This document shows, piece after piece, positions 8,747-18,217 of a DNA stretch of 64,000 nucleotides. The first letter of the stretch is position 1. Each line of letters begins with the position of its first letter. The notes under the pieces are model-generated. The model was given only the letters and a program-made list of their open reading frames with translations. It had not been told where the DNA came from and searched no databases. The DNA comes from a virus. Taxonomy: Duplodnaviria > Caudoviricetes. Made by a program: the position numbers and the translations under genes. The DNA is taken from positions 1 through 64,000 of the IMG/VR virus record IMGVR_UViG_2706795958_000001; one strand, given 5' to 3'.

Positions 8747-10516
8747 ATGTCAGTTCTATTAGGCCCTAATGGGCAGCCTATTTCTAGTGACTATGCTAAG
8801 GCAAAAGTCAAATCTTCTAAGAAGCCTAAGGTTGGCGAAATTGGGGGATGGTCAAACCTAAGCCTCATGAAGGCTCAGCTTCTACCGGCTAATAATCATC
8901 TACAGTTTGATACTAGTAAACTTCGCCTAAGTGATTACCGCATGATGCGTGATCACTATCAGGTAAATAGCTCACTGTCGTTGCTGACGTTCATGATTCA
9001 CCAGGTTGACTTTACTGTCCAGTGCGAAGATAAAAAGGTGGCTCAGCACTGCGAGGACAATCTTCGTAAGATTTGGACTCGTTTAGTTAGGGCTATGTCG
9101 ATTTCGTTTTGGTCAGGATACTCCCCTAATGCTTTGCAGTGGGAGAATGATGACGTTGCCGGGAAGGTGATGCTGACCAAGATCAAAGACATGCTGCCCG
9201 AGGAATGCTCTCCGCGATGGAAAAAGATTCCCGCTGTCGGCGGCACTCGAATCGGTCTTGATGATCAGCTTGAAGTCCAGAACGCTAATAGCGTACGTGG
9301 ACGTAGGACTGCTAAGATTTTTGATGGAATCAAGCAGGCCGGATATGAGGACATTCCGGTAGAGAATTCTTTCTGGTATCCGCTATTGCAGGAGACCGGA
9401 AATATGTACGGAAAGAAGTTGCTCAATGCAGTCTTTCAGCCGTGGTTTTTCTCTCTTCTTGTGCATGTGTTTGCCAATCGTTATTATGAGCGTTTTGGAG
9501 AACCGGCGATTCTTGCGCGAGCGCCGTTTGACGACGAAGTAACGATTAATAATACCAAGGTTAAAGGCAACCAACTTATGCAGCATGTTGGTAGCCTTAT
9601 GCGCAGCGGTGCCATTGGTGTCTTGCCTAATGACAAAATTCAGTCCGGCATGGATAACGATAGCGACTACGAATACACCCTTGAATACCTGGAAAGTCAA
9701 ATGCGTGGCGCTGATTTTGAGCGCTACATGAGTAGGCTTGACCAGGAAATCTCTCTAGGTCTTTTCACCCCGGTTCTTATGACCCAGACCGGTGATGGCG
9801 GATCGTTTAATCTAGGCGTTACTCATACTCAAATGTATTTCCGTCAGATTAACGCTGTGTTGGCAGACATGAAGGAATACATTGACCGGTACATTCTGTA
9901 CCCAATGGCTCTGTATAACTTCGGCGATAAGGTTAAACCGCCTGAGATTAAGTTCCGCAAGCTTGGTGCCACTGATCCCGAGACCATTCGTGGAATCATT
10001 ACTGGACTTATTAGTGGTAAAAATGTCACATTCGATGAAGTCGAATTGGGGCAAGAGCTTGGTCTTACTATCGAAAAGATTGAGGAAATCAAGGAACCGC
10101 TTGACGTTCCCAATCCTGACGATAATCCTGATGACAATACCGCACCCGGCGCTAAGCAAACTGACCCGCGCATTGGTAAAGGTCGCCCTGAGCGCACTCA
10201 GCGTCCCAAGGGTGTCGATAAAAAGACTAAGGTTGCAGCCGGTCTTGCCGATCGTATTGCTCAGCAATATGAATCGGGGCGTGACAAGCCTGATACCGGA
10301 TTTAAGGCACGGTATGCGGATTGGTTCAATACCGACCTTTGCGGAGGGTTTACCAACCCAGGGGATTCCAATCAGTATTACCGTGAGCTTACCCAAGAGG
10401 TTGAAGCTGCATTCGATAACGCGAAAGCAATCGGGATCGGTGATGATGCAGGGGTTTTCTTTAAAGAGGTAATCACCAGTCATATGGATCGTTTGGAGCA
10501 TAACTATGCGGGTTAA
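8747..10516 (+). CDS. Portal protein (DUF935/Mu gp29-like)
   Basis: Position after terL; RYYERFGEP and GSFNLG motifs; ATG 8747 preferred as start. Confidence 0.88.
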   Translation: MSVLLGPNGQPISSDYAKAKVKSSKKPKVGEIGGWSNLSLMKAQLLPANNHLQFDTSKLRLSDYRMMRDHYQVNSSLSLLTFMIHQVDFTVQCEDKKVAQHCEDNLRKIWTRLVRAMSISFWSGYSPNALQWENDDVAGKVMLTKIKDMLPEECSPRWKKIPAVGGTRIGLDDQLEVQNANSVRGRRTAKIFDGIKQAGYEDIPVENSFWYPLLQETGNMYGKKLLNAVFQPWFFSLLVHVFANRYYERFGEPAILARAPFDDEVTINNTKVKGNQLMQHVGSLMRSGAIGVLPNDKIQSGMDNDSDYEYTLEYLESQMRGADFERYMSRLDQEISLGLFTPVLMTQTGDGGSFNLGVTHTQMYFRQINAVLADMKEYIDRYILYPMALYNFGDKVKPPEIKFRKLGATDPETIRGIITGLISGKNVTFDEVELGQELGLTIEKIEEIKEPLDVPNPDDNPDDNTAPGAKQTDPRIGKGRPERTQRPKGVDKKTKVAAGLADRIAQQYESGRDKPDTGFKARYADWFNTDLCGGFTNPGDSNQYYRELTQEVEAAFDNAKAIGIGDDAGVFFKEVITSHMDRLEHNYAG

Positions 10517-10772
10517 GACAAAGAATCCCTGTAGGTGCGTATGCTCTAGGCACCCCCTTTTGGGATATTATGGTCTGGATACCAACAACAAGCCTTATGT
10601 ACATGTAAAGGTGTACAAAGGAGAGCGCGTCTATGGTGAATGGTTTATGCAGGATGGAACGGTCCATATGCGGTGCAGGGATTGTTTCAGGTTTACCAAG
10701 ATTTCGTTCGTGAATCGGGATAACATAAAGGCGACGCACGGAGTGCGCCCGCCGACCGCGCTGGCTGGATGA
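10506..10772 (+). CDS. Small Zn-finger protein, Mu Com-like
   Basis: RCVCSRHPLL...VHMRCRDC resembles Com RCKNCNKLL...IEIRCPRC. Confidence 0.5.
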   Translation: MRVKTKNPCRCVCSRHPLLGYYGLDTNNKPYVHVKVYKGERVYGEWFMQDGTVHMRCRDCFRFTKISFVNRDNIKATHGVRPPTALAG

Positions 10773-10826
10773 AGGGGAAGATATGGTAGCCAGGGATAGT
10801 TCGATTACGTTACTCTGGGTGGCACT

Positions 10827-12002
10827 ATGACATTGACACTGGATGCCAGCATCGCCGGTCAGTTTTTCGCTGACTCGGAGGTCACTGGTGTCAATATCGC
10901 AAATTTTGAACACGGTCAGAATAACGGTCACGATTATCTTCGTGTAAAGGATTTTCCGATCTTTAGATCGGGGTCTTTTGAAGATTCAATGGGTGAGCTT
11001 ACAACCTTTGATCAGTTTCTTGTTGAAACGATCGTAAGGAACTTTGATTACCTAAAGGATTCAAAGGTATTCGAGCGTCCTGTTGTTCGTGCCGGTCATC
11101 CCAATACGTTTAATAATGGTCGTATGGAGTCCGTTATTGGGTACATTGAGGATATCCGTACCGAAAATAGAGAGGCACCACACGACCATAATACTTATAC
11201 ATATGTAATCTCAGACCTTATTATCCTCGATAAGGATGCAATCGCAAAGATTGAATCTGGCCTGTATCTGAATCGTTCGGCTGAAATTGGTCCGTACAAG
11301 GATAATACAGGAGCTATGGTTGGTCCAGTAATGCTCGGCGTAGCTTACGTGGATATTCCTGCCATTGAGGGACTGGATGCTTATGAAAAGGTTGAAGGTC
11401 TAGAGGGATTCTTTTTCAGCAAGAAACCAGAAACAAAGGATAAAGACATGAGTGGTTCGTCCATGCCGAATCTTTTCACCTTCAAGATTGGTGGAAATGA
11501 TACCCAGGACTTTAGTCGGGTTCAGGGGTATATCACTGACCTGGAAAGCCAGAAGGCTACGGTTGATGCGCAGTTTGCACAGGCTCAAGCCGAACTGACT
11601 GCCAAGGACACCGAGATTTCCGCACTTAAGGAATTCAAGGATAGTGCCTCTAAGAATGCTCGCGCCGATTATGTGAACAAGCTTGTTGAGGACAAGAAGA
11701 TTCTTGCATCCTCGAAGGATGACACGCTGGCGCTTTTTGGTATGTATACCGATGACCAGTTCGAGGCAGCCAAAAAGGTGTACGACAAGATGGCACCTCA
11801 GGCGCTTCTTAATAACTATGGCAATCAGGCTCCCGGTGAGCAGACCACCCCCGGTGGTGGCGATGAGACGAAGAATAAGGTTCTTGAATACAATAAGGGC
11901 ATTATCGCTTCGTTGCAGCGAATTCGTAAGCCTGCGGAGGTCATTAAGAAGACTCCGGCTTACCAGACTGTCATTGCAATTGATCCGAATTTCTCTCTGT
12001 AA
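10827..12002 (+). CDS. Prohead protease/scaffold (Mu gpI-like)
   Basis: RSAEI...GPVMLGVAYVDIPAIEGL protease motif with a coiled-coil C-terminal half. Confidence 0.8.
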   Translation: MTLTLDASIAGQFFADSEVTGVNIANFEHGQNNGHDYLRVKDFPIFRSGSFEDSMGELTTFDQFLVETIVRNFDYLKDSKVFERPVVRAGHPNTFNNGRMESVIGYIEDIRTENREAPHDHNTYTYVISDLIILDKDAIAKIESGLYLNRSAEIGPYKDNTGAMVGPVMLGVAYVDIPAIEGLDAYEKVEGLEGFFFSKKPETKDKDMSGSSMPNLFTFKIGGNDTQDFSRVQGYITDLESQKATVDAQFAQAQAELTAKDTEISALKEFKDSASKNARADYVNKLVEDKKILASSKDDTLALFGMYTDDQFEAAKKVYDKMAPQALLNNYGNQAPGEQTTPGGGDETKNKVLEYNKGIIASLQRIRKPAEVIKKTPAYQTVIAIDPNFSL

Positions 12003-12021
12003 GGTTAGGGGTTAAATAAAA

Positions 12022-12489
12022 ATGCCTTCTTTCGATAAGCCGGATCAGGTTAAATCGACTCCGTTCGGCAAGAATCAGTATCTCCATTCTACTCGGAACA
12101 AGCAGTTACAGGGTTACACCTTTGCTCATGAGACGCTTCCCGAAGAGGATTGGACCGATGGAACCGGTGATGTTCACACCGAGAAGATTTTGCAGTCCGG
12201 TGAGGTTCTAGCTAAGATTACCAGTGGTCCTAATTCGGGCAAGGTTGGAGTTTTCCAGACCGGTGCAACCGATGGTCGTGCCACGCTGGCAAATATTGTC
12301 GGAGTGAATGACACGTTTGCCCCTTGGCAGCTTAGCAAGCGTGATATTGAGGTTGCGGCCCTTTATCATGGTGTCGTTAAGCAGGCGTGGTGCTTTATTC
12401 GTGACGCCAATGGTGACCGTGTTGTTATGCCCGATAATGTCGCCGACGCATTGCGTGGCGGCAAGGGTCTCGACGTTCTTTGCAAATAA
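12022..12489 (+). CDS. Head decoration protein (lambda gpD-like)
   Basis: ILQSGEVLAKITSG motif; 155 aa between protease and capsid genes. Confidence 0.7.
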   Translation: MPSFDKPDQVKSTPFGKNQYLHSTRNKQLQGYTFAHETLPEEDWTDGTGDVHTEKILQSGEVLAKITSGPNSGKVGVFQTGATDGRATLANIVGVNDTFAPWQLSKRDIEVAALYHGVVKQAWCFIRDANGDRVVMPDNVADALRGGKGLDVLCK

Positions 12490-12503
12490 GGAGATTCTTA
12501 GAC

Positions 12504-13799
12504 ATGTCTAACGTTTATACGGATTTCCAGCCCCTTGGTGTGGCATGGAATGGTGCCGGTAAGGGCGCTGGAAGTGGCGGCGGTTCACAGGTATTTACCA
12601 ATCCTGCCGCCGGTGCCTTTAGTAAGCCGGACCCCATGCTGGAAGGTATGGGGATTAATCAGTACGCCGCTGGCGCTTCTCTTGGGCAGCTTGTTGCACA
12701 GGAACAGCATATCGGCCTTATTCGTGAACTAACCCCGCCCGAGGCGCATACTGGCCTGAGTATTGCTCCGTGGCTTGAGGTTGATTCCGATGACGTGGTT
12801 ATTGACTTCATCAATTCCACCGGTAGCGGTCTCGCTCCCGCTCGCGCCGAAGATGCCGAGTCTGAACTCTTCCAGTTCACCGAGGATATTACCGGTCAGA
12901 TGCGCGCAAGCGTCGTTGATTGGGCTATTAAGAATGCCTACACGGCTTCTGATGTGACCCGTTATCGACAGATGCGTGATGCTGCCGCATTCCTTGAAGG
13001 CGCTGGCGCAGGACTGCCGCTGTATATTCGTTCCATTATTGATGGCTTTGCTACCAAGATGGACCGCGATACCGAGCGTCGTAAGCTTTGGCTCGATAAT
13101 CGTATCGAGTGGCTGATCTGGCAGGCAATTGTTACCGGCGTTATTGAATACGTCGATGGCAAGATTAGCTGGAAGGTTGATTTCAAGCGTCCTACCGGTC
13201 AAAAGAATCAGGCCCCTGCATCGGGTGCATACAATAGTGGCAATGCCGCTAATATGGACCCCATTGGTGACGTTCTTAAGATCGTTGAATGGATGTGGGA
13301 GAATAAGGGCGTTCGTATTGATAAGGCGTGGTGCTCGCGCAAGTTCCTGAATACCATCTACCTTTCTCAGAAGTTTATTCCGCGTACCGGATTTGCACCT
13401 GCCGCAGGTGTGGACCCGCGTTACGTCATGGAAGGCTGGGGTCCGCAGGCTGCAATTGATATCTTGCAGCGTGAGACTGGCGTTACGTTCTACACGAACG
13501 ATAACGTTTTCCGTGCTCGTAATCAGGCCACTGGCGAAATTGAGAATATTCGCTACCTGCCGCAGAACAAGGTTGTATTCCTGCCGAGTGATGAGACCAT
13601 TCAGTTGGTGGATAACACCGACATTGGTTTCTCCAAGACCCTGACTTCGCCGCATCCGATGGGCGATTTCACCCCCGGATTCTACTCCTGGGAGCAGCAG
13701 GAAACTGATCCGTGGCAGCATGTTGTTGGTTCGGGCGTTAAGGCGTTCCCGGTCTTCCCGCATATGGATAAGACGTTCGACTGGAACGTCACGCTTTAA
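12504..13799 (+). CDS. Major capsid protein
   Basis: AAGGAG RBS, ATG 12504; 431 aa; EWLIWQAIVTG, KVDFKRP and KAFPVF motifs of gpE-like capsids. Confidence 0.88.
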   Translation: MSNVYTDFQPLGVAWNGAGKGAGSGGGSQVFTNPAAGAFSKPDPMLEGMGINQYAAGASLGQLVAQEQHIGLIRELTPPEAHTGLSIAPWLEVDSDDVVIDFINSTGSGLAPARAEDAESELFQFTEDITGQMRASVVDWAIKNAYTASDVTRYRQMRDAAAFLEGAGAGLPLYIRSIIDGFATKMDRDTERRKLWLDNRIEWLIWQAIVTGVIEYVDGKISWKVDFKRPTGQKNQAPASGAYNSGNAANMDPIGDVLKIVEWMWENKGVRIDKAWCSRKFLNTIYLSQKFIPRTGFAPAAGVDPRYVMEGWGPQAAIDILQRETGVTFYTNDNVFRARNQATGEIENIRYLPQNKVVFLPSDETIQLVDNTDIGFSKTLTSPHPMGDFTPGFYSWEQQETDPWQHVVGSGVKAFPVFPHMDKTFDWNVTL

Positions 13800-13811
13800 A
13801 TCAGTGCCAAT

Positions 13812-13858
13812 AGAAAAGCCGAAACAAGTTTATACAATAAGCTTGTTTCGGCTTTTCT
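13812..13858 (+). terminator. Intrinsic terminator after major capsid gene
   Basis: 17-bp stem AGAAAAGCCGAAACAAG/CTTGTTTCGGCTTTTCT with T-rich tail. Confidence 0.75.
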
Positions 13859-13881
13859 TCTGATATAGAAAGAGTAATAAA

Positions 13882-14172
13882 ATGGCTGACACCAAGCAGG
13901 GTAATCCCACCAAGTCTACCACGCCTCCGAATATGGGTAGTCCGGCAAAGCCTGCCGTTGCCCCGAGTACCAAGCCGAATACTCCCAGCGGACCCACGGT
14001 TGATACCTCTGGTACTCCTAATTTCCTGGCAGCGGAGACCGCAACGTTTGCCGATGTGTATAACGATAGCTCCGAAGGGTTTGTCGGGGTTGACCCGATT
14101 TACCAGAATTACGCGAGTCATGTCGATGCTCCCAAGCCGACTGAACCGGAAGAGGAACCGGAAACTCCGTAA
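13882..14172 (+). CDS. Pro/Thr-rich hypothetical virion protein
   Basis: 96 aa, RBS-like AGAAAGAG, in the head-tail block. Confidence 0.65.
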   Translation: MADTKQGNPTKSTTPPNMGSPAKPAVAPSTKPNTPSGPTVDTSGTPNFLAAETATFADVYNDSSEGFVGVDPIYQNYASHVDAPKPTEPEEEPETP

Positions 14173-14201
14173 ATAGATTCTGATTCAAGAGGCGGTGCAA
14201 A

Positions 14202-14702
14202 GTGGCATATTGTGAAGTCAATGATGTTCAGATTGGCAATATTGCTCTGCCCAGAGGATTGGGTACGCCAGAAGTAATTAAGCAGCGATACATCAATGAT
14301 ACGGCAGATGATATTGATGCTAAATTAGGTGCGATTTTTGCACTGCCTCTTGAGCCGGAACCTGGTAGCTTTACCGCAGCAGCATTGAAGCGTATTAATA
14401 AATATCTTGCTATCGGCAAGTTGGTTATTGACGCTGCTGCTGGTGGAGAAGATACCCAGCTTCATGCATATGGTTTCCATCACTTGCGTGAAGGCAATAA
14501 GGCAATTGAGGATATTCTTGCTGGAAAGATTGTCCTCGATCTTTCGCCGAGTGAAGATGCTGACCCCGATGATCAGCCCACCGGACCATCGGTTATTAAT
14601 AAAGAGCCTGGGAGCTTTGTAGACGCCTTCTATGGGCATTCCTTGCATCCGAGTAATATGCCAGGTGGTCTAGTGTATCCACAGATTGACAGGATTTTCT
14701 AA
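14202..14702 (+). CDS. Head-tail adaptor (Mu gp36/DUF1320-like)
   Basis: MAYCEVNDV start, IDAKLG.. motif, synteny. Confidence 0.65.
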   Translation: MAYCEVNDVQIGNIALPRGLGTPEVIKQRYINDTADDIDAKLGAIFALPLEPEPGSFTAAALKRINKYLAIGKLVIDAAAGGEDTQLHAYGFHHLREGNKAIEDILAGKIVLDLSPSEDADPDDQPTGPSVINKEPGSFVDAFYGHSLHPSNMPGGLVYPQIDRIF

Positions 14703-15196
14703 TGGCGGTTGCTAAAGGCAAAACCGTTAAGGCGAATTTTCGGCCTGTTAAGGATAAGCTTACAACCATTGAACAGGGCGTAAGTGCCCATGCTCTTATT
14801 GCAACGATGAATAGCATTCATCATTATTTTGTCAATAAGACTGAAAATATGTTCAGCGCGGAATCTGATCCATTTGGCAATAAGTGGGCACCATTGGCTC
14901 CGGCAACAATTAGCCGTCGTAGTAGCCTTGGCTTCCCGCCAGCACCTATTAACGTTCGCACAGGAAAGATGAAGGATTACATGACTCCTTCGGTTCCTGA
15001 TGTTATCGGTAGTGGAGCATTTGTTTCTATGGCTTATCCGCGTAGAAATGCTCCACCTAACGATATGCTCATCCGACTTAAGCAAGCTGGTGGAGAGCTT
15101 AAAGGACCAGCCCGCGAGGTGGTCGGAATGAATGAGACGGACGTTGCCTACGTGATTTCATATGTTAATGCATCAGTATTAGGGGAGTTGTTCTAA
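14702..15196 (+). CDS. Virion morphogenesis protein (Mu gpG-like)
   Basis: DPFGNKWAPLAPATI and PAREVVG motifs. Confidence 0.75.
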   Translation: MAVAKGKTVKANFRPVKDKLTTIEQGVSAHALIATMNSIHHYFVNKTENMFSAESDPFGNKWAPLAPATISRRSSLGFPPAPINVRTGKMKDYMTPSVPDVIGSGAFVSMAYPRRNAPPNDMLIRLKQAGGELKGPAREVVGMNETDVAYVISYVNASVLGELF

Positions 15197-15756
15197 TGAA
15201 CCCCAATGATGCTATTGATTTCAATAAACCACATTTTCCAGGCAATGTTGTTAATCTGATTGCAGCTGCAATGGAGTTTATTGCTCCCGATCAGGGTGAC
15301 CCTGTTAATGATCCCGAGAATTTTATTGAGGGTGCTAGAGTATTCAAGCGTCCATTGCAGATTACTGATGGCAGTATTTCTATCGGTGTTTCGCCTCGAA
15401 TGTGGACGCCAGATGAATCCTCATTGGAAATGGGATTCGGTCGCTCACCGGTAGAGCCTACACGCCAGTCGTATACCATTGAAATTCAGGCGCTTGTAAT
15501 TTCTGCCGATGAAGAAGAGGGTATTGCGACCCACTCGGTGCTGAGTAGCATGATTCGCCATATGCTTTACCGGGACCAGGCATTAGCGCTAGCATTACCA
15601 CAGTTGGAGGTTACTCACGCAGGTTTCGGCTCGCCAGTCAGAGAAACACTCAAGAAGTGGAATATTAGTAGACAAGTATTCATGAATACCGAATACAATA
15701 ATCAATTTGCGTTTCTTTCTACAGTCGATTTCCACGCAGAGACAACGCTACAATGA
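15196..15756 (+). CDS. Putative tail terminator
   Basis: 186 aa, position before tail tube gene. Confidence 0.55.
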   Translation: MNPNDAIDFNKPHFPGNVVNLIAAAMEFIAPDQGDPVNDPENFIEGARVFKRPLQITDGSISIGVSPRMWTPDESSLEMGFGRSPVEPTRQSYTIEIQALVISADEEEGIATHSVLSSMIRHMLYRDQALALALPQLEVTHAGFGSPVRETLKKWNISRQVFMNTEYNNQFAFLSTVDFHAETTLQ

Positions 15757-15769
15757 AAGGTTAGGCATA

Positions 15770-16126
15770 ATGCCCGATTATTCCGATGAGGATATCTTGG
15801 CTTTGCAGGAAAAGGTTGAGCAAGGTCGAGCACTAGAGGTTGAGCTTCAGCAGCAGCAGCATGATGAAGCAAAGAAGCGAGAGAATAACATTAAGGGTGC
15901 GCAGCTTACTGCGGAACTTAAGGCTATTGAAAGTCGCGTGAATTTCCTTGCTGGTGTTGCTCAGCAGCAGAACTCAGCGCCGCCCAAGGAAACCGAGAAT
16001 TCTACCGGTGGAGTTTCCGCCAATACGGACGACACCGCTAATACGGATGACACCGCTAATACGGAAGATCCTGTTACCGGTTTCCCGAGCTTTACTCAGC
16101 AGGCTAATACCGAAGGGGATAACTAA
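15770..16126 (+). CDS. Hypothetical coiled-coil protein with short NTDDTA repeat
   Basis: AAAGG RBS, ATG 15770; 18-bp tandem repeat at about 16022-16068. Confidence 0.65.
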   Translation: MPDYSDEDILALQEKVEQGRALEVELQQQQHDEAKKRENNIKGAQLTAELKAIESRVNFLAGVAQQQNSAPPKETENSTGGVSANTDDTANTDDTANTEDPVTGFPSFTQQANTEGDN

Positions 16127-16128
16127 TC

Positions 16129-17151
16129 ATGGGTTACGGTTCACAGGCTGGCGCCATTGTCGTCGGTGCTCAGAGTGCTCCCGGTACTCCTAATTCCACG
16201 CTAGCAACCGATGGTATTGGTCTCCGGTTGACCTCCGGTTCTCTTGCAGGTAATCGTGAGCTTTTGGTTACCGATCCTGAGATTGGTGGCGGTCGAGATA
16301 CTTCGGATGCATATCTCGGTGCCGTTAGTTTCGGCGGCGATTACGAGATGTACGTTCGTTTTAAGGCTGTTGCGTTTTTCCTTTATCACGCATTCGGCGT
16401 TAAGGCGAGTGTCGCTCGCGTGGGTGATACTGCCGTTTTTGACCATACGCTGACTCCCACGGATTCCAGCCAGCTTCCGATGTTCACGGTTTACGAGCGA
16501 ATCTCGAATAACCTTGAGCGGTTCCTGTATACGGACGCTGTGGTTAACACCTTCCATCTCGAAGCTGATGCAAACGGATTCCTTACCTCCACGGTGGGTA
16601 TCATTGCACGGCTTATGAATGCTGGTGCAGCGGCGGTTGACCCGACCGACGTTATGGATAATACCTCTCTGGTTGTGGGTACGAATATTACCCTGACTTA
16701 TGACGGTGTTACCGTTCCCGCTAAGTCGTTCTCTTTCGATGTTAATAACAACATCACCGATGATAACTTCTTCTTGGGGTCGTTCTTCTTGGGCGATATG
16801 ACTGCGCAGAACCGTGAGGTTACCGCGTCCATGACTGTCGAGCACACTAGCGCGTCAATGATGCGTCAGGCGCTTCTTGGTACCCCTGGTGCAACTGCTG
16901 TTGGTGGACTTACCACGAAGAAGCCTCTCGTTATCACCTGTGAGGCATACGAGAACATTCCGGGAACTACCGCTAATGCGAAGTACAAGCTTGAGCTTGA
17001 ACTTCCCAAGGTTATCTTCTCCCCGTTTGCTTTCGAGCCTTCGGGTGCCGATCCCCTGGAAAATGATGTCGAGATGACTGCGGTCCGTCCCGATATTGCT
17101 GCTCCGGTTGCAACCGCTGTCGTCTCGAATGAATTCGAGGAAGCAGCCTAA
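16129..17151 (+). CDS. Major tail (tube) protein
   Basis: 340 aa, precedes chaperones and TMP; tube-like beta-rich sequence. Confidence 0.82.
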   Translation: MGYGSQAGAIVVGAQSAPGTPNSTLATDGIGLRLTSGSLAGNRELLVTDPEIGGGRDTSDAYLGAVSFGGDYEMYVRFKAVAFFLYHAFGVKASVARVGDTAVFDHTLTPTDSSQLPMFTVYERISNNLERFLYTDAVVNTFHLEADANGFLTSTVGIIARLMNAGAAAVDPTDVMDNTSLVVGTNITLTYDGVTVPAKSFSFDVNNNITDDNFFLGSFFLGDMTAQNREVTASMTVEHTSASMMRQALLGTPGATAVGGLTTKKPLVITCEAYENIPGTTANAKYKLELELPKVIFSPFAFEPSGADPLENDVEMTAVRPDIAAPVATAVVSNEFEEAA

Positions 17152-17159
17152 TTGAATAC

Positions 17160-17236
17160 TTCTCTTTAGTGTTATGCCGAGGTCACTAAAGAGAATGGAA
17201 TCCCCCTGGTGAACCGTGATGCACCAGGGGGATTCC
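17160..17236 (+). terminator. Two adjacent hairpins after the major tail gene
   Basis: 12-bp stem 17160-17171/17184-17195 and 15-bp stem 17197-17211/17222-17236. Confidence 0.6.
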
Positions 17237-17277
17237 ACCAATTAAATATGTCACCCATGCCTAGAAAGGGCAATCAA

Positions 17278-17868
17278 ATGACGAATCCTTACCCCATCGA
17301 CACCGCTGATCCGACGAGCCTTAATTACAACAAGACTCCTGAGCAGATTGCAGCAGAGCAGGCCGCTGCTGCAAATGGTGTTCCCACTACCACGGTCATT
17401 CGCAAGGATTACTGGGCGAATGATGTAGATGAAAAGTGGTACCTTCCCGGTCAGGATGACATTCCTGAGCATGAGCGTCAGTATATCTCGTTTAAGAAGA
17501 TGAATGAGGGTATGCGCTCTAAGTATCAGAAGATGACCAATAAGGGTGTCGTTATTGAGCGAGCCTCCAATAACGCTCGAATGGGTGTCGACCCCGCTGG
17601 TGACCGTCGCGCTCTTATTGAGGTCTCCCTTACCGGCTGGAAGCTTTTCCGCGATGGTAATGAGCTTAATTTCAATACTGCTACTCTTAACCTGTTCCTT
17701 ACTAAGGCTGATCCGTATCTGATTGATCAGCTTGAAAAGGCAATCCGCAAGGTGAATAAGTGGATGTTTGCTGAGGCAACTTCCGCTGAAATCCAGGAAC
17801 AGATTGACGAACTGGAAGAGCAAAAGCAGGCTGCGCTTGATCGAGAGGAAGAGGAAAAAAATTCGTAA
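17278..17868 (+). CDS. Tail assembly chaperone (G)
   Basis: GAAAGGG RBS, ATG 17278; between tail tube and TMP genes. Confidence 0.8.
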   Translation: MTNPYPIDTADPTSLNYNKTPEQIAAEQAAAANGVPTTTVIRKDYWANDVDEKWYLPGQDDIPEHERQYISFKKMNEGMRSKYQKMTNKGVVIERASNNARMGVDPAGDRRALIEVSLTGWKLFRDGNELNFNTATLNLFLTKADPYLIDQLEKAIRKVNKWMFAEATSAEIQEQIDELEEQKQAALDREEEEKNS

Positions 17869-18125
17869 TCCAGGTTCGTTCATACGTTCGGAATGAGCCT
17901 GTAGAAAATCCTCATCCAGCATTACGAGCTTTCATGATAACAGAGTTGCTGAAAATGCAACTCCCTGTTGATGGCGGCTGGTATAACATGGACCCCATTC
18001 TTCTCGATAAATGGCTTATTATTTTCGAGGAACGGGGAAAGGCGCAAAAAGAAGAGGAACGTAAGCGGGAGAAAAAGCAAAAGATGCAAAATCCCGCGCG
18101 ACCCACCCGCAGGCGTGGCCGGTAG
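17856..18125 (+). CDS. -1 frameshift extension of tail chaperone (GT)
   Basis: Slippery A AAA AAT at 17856-17862; -1 frame open (FVIQVRSYVRNEP...MITELL...) to 18125. Confidence 0.8.
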   Translation, partial: KKFVIQVRSYVRNEPVENPHPALRAFMITELLKMQLPVDGGWYNMDPILLDKWLIIFEERGKAQKEEERKREKKQKMQNPARPTRRRGR

Positions 18126-18217
18126 ACTCCGGCCACGCCTTGCGTGTATGCTTGTCAACAGTCGTAATTAAAGGGTGCATTGCGAAACCCATGATGTGAC
18201 CTAAAGGCCACGAATAA

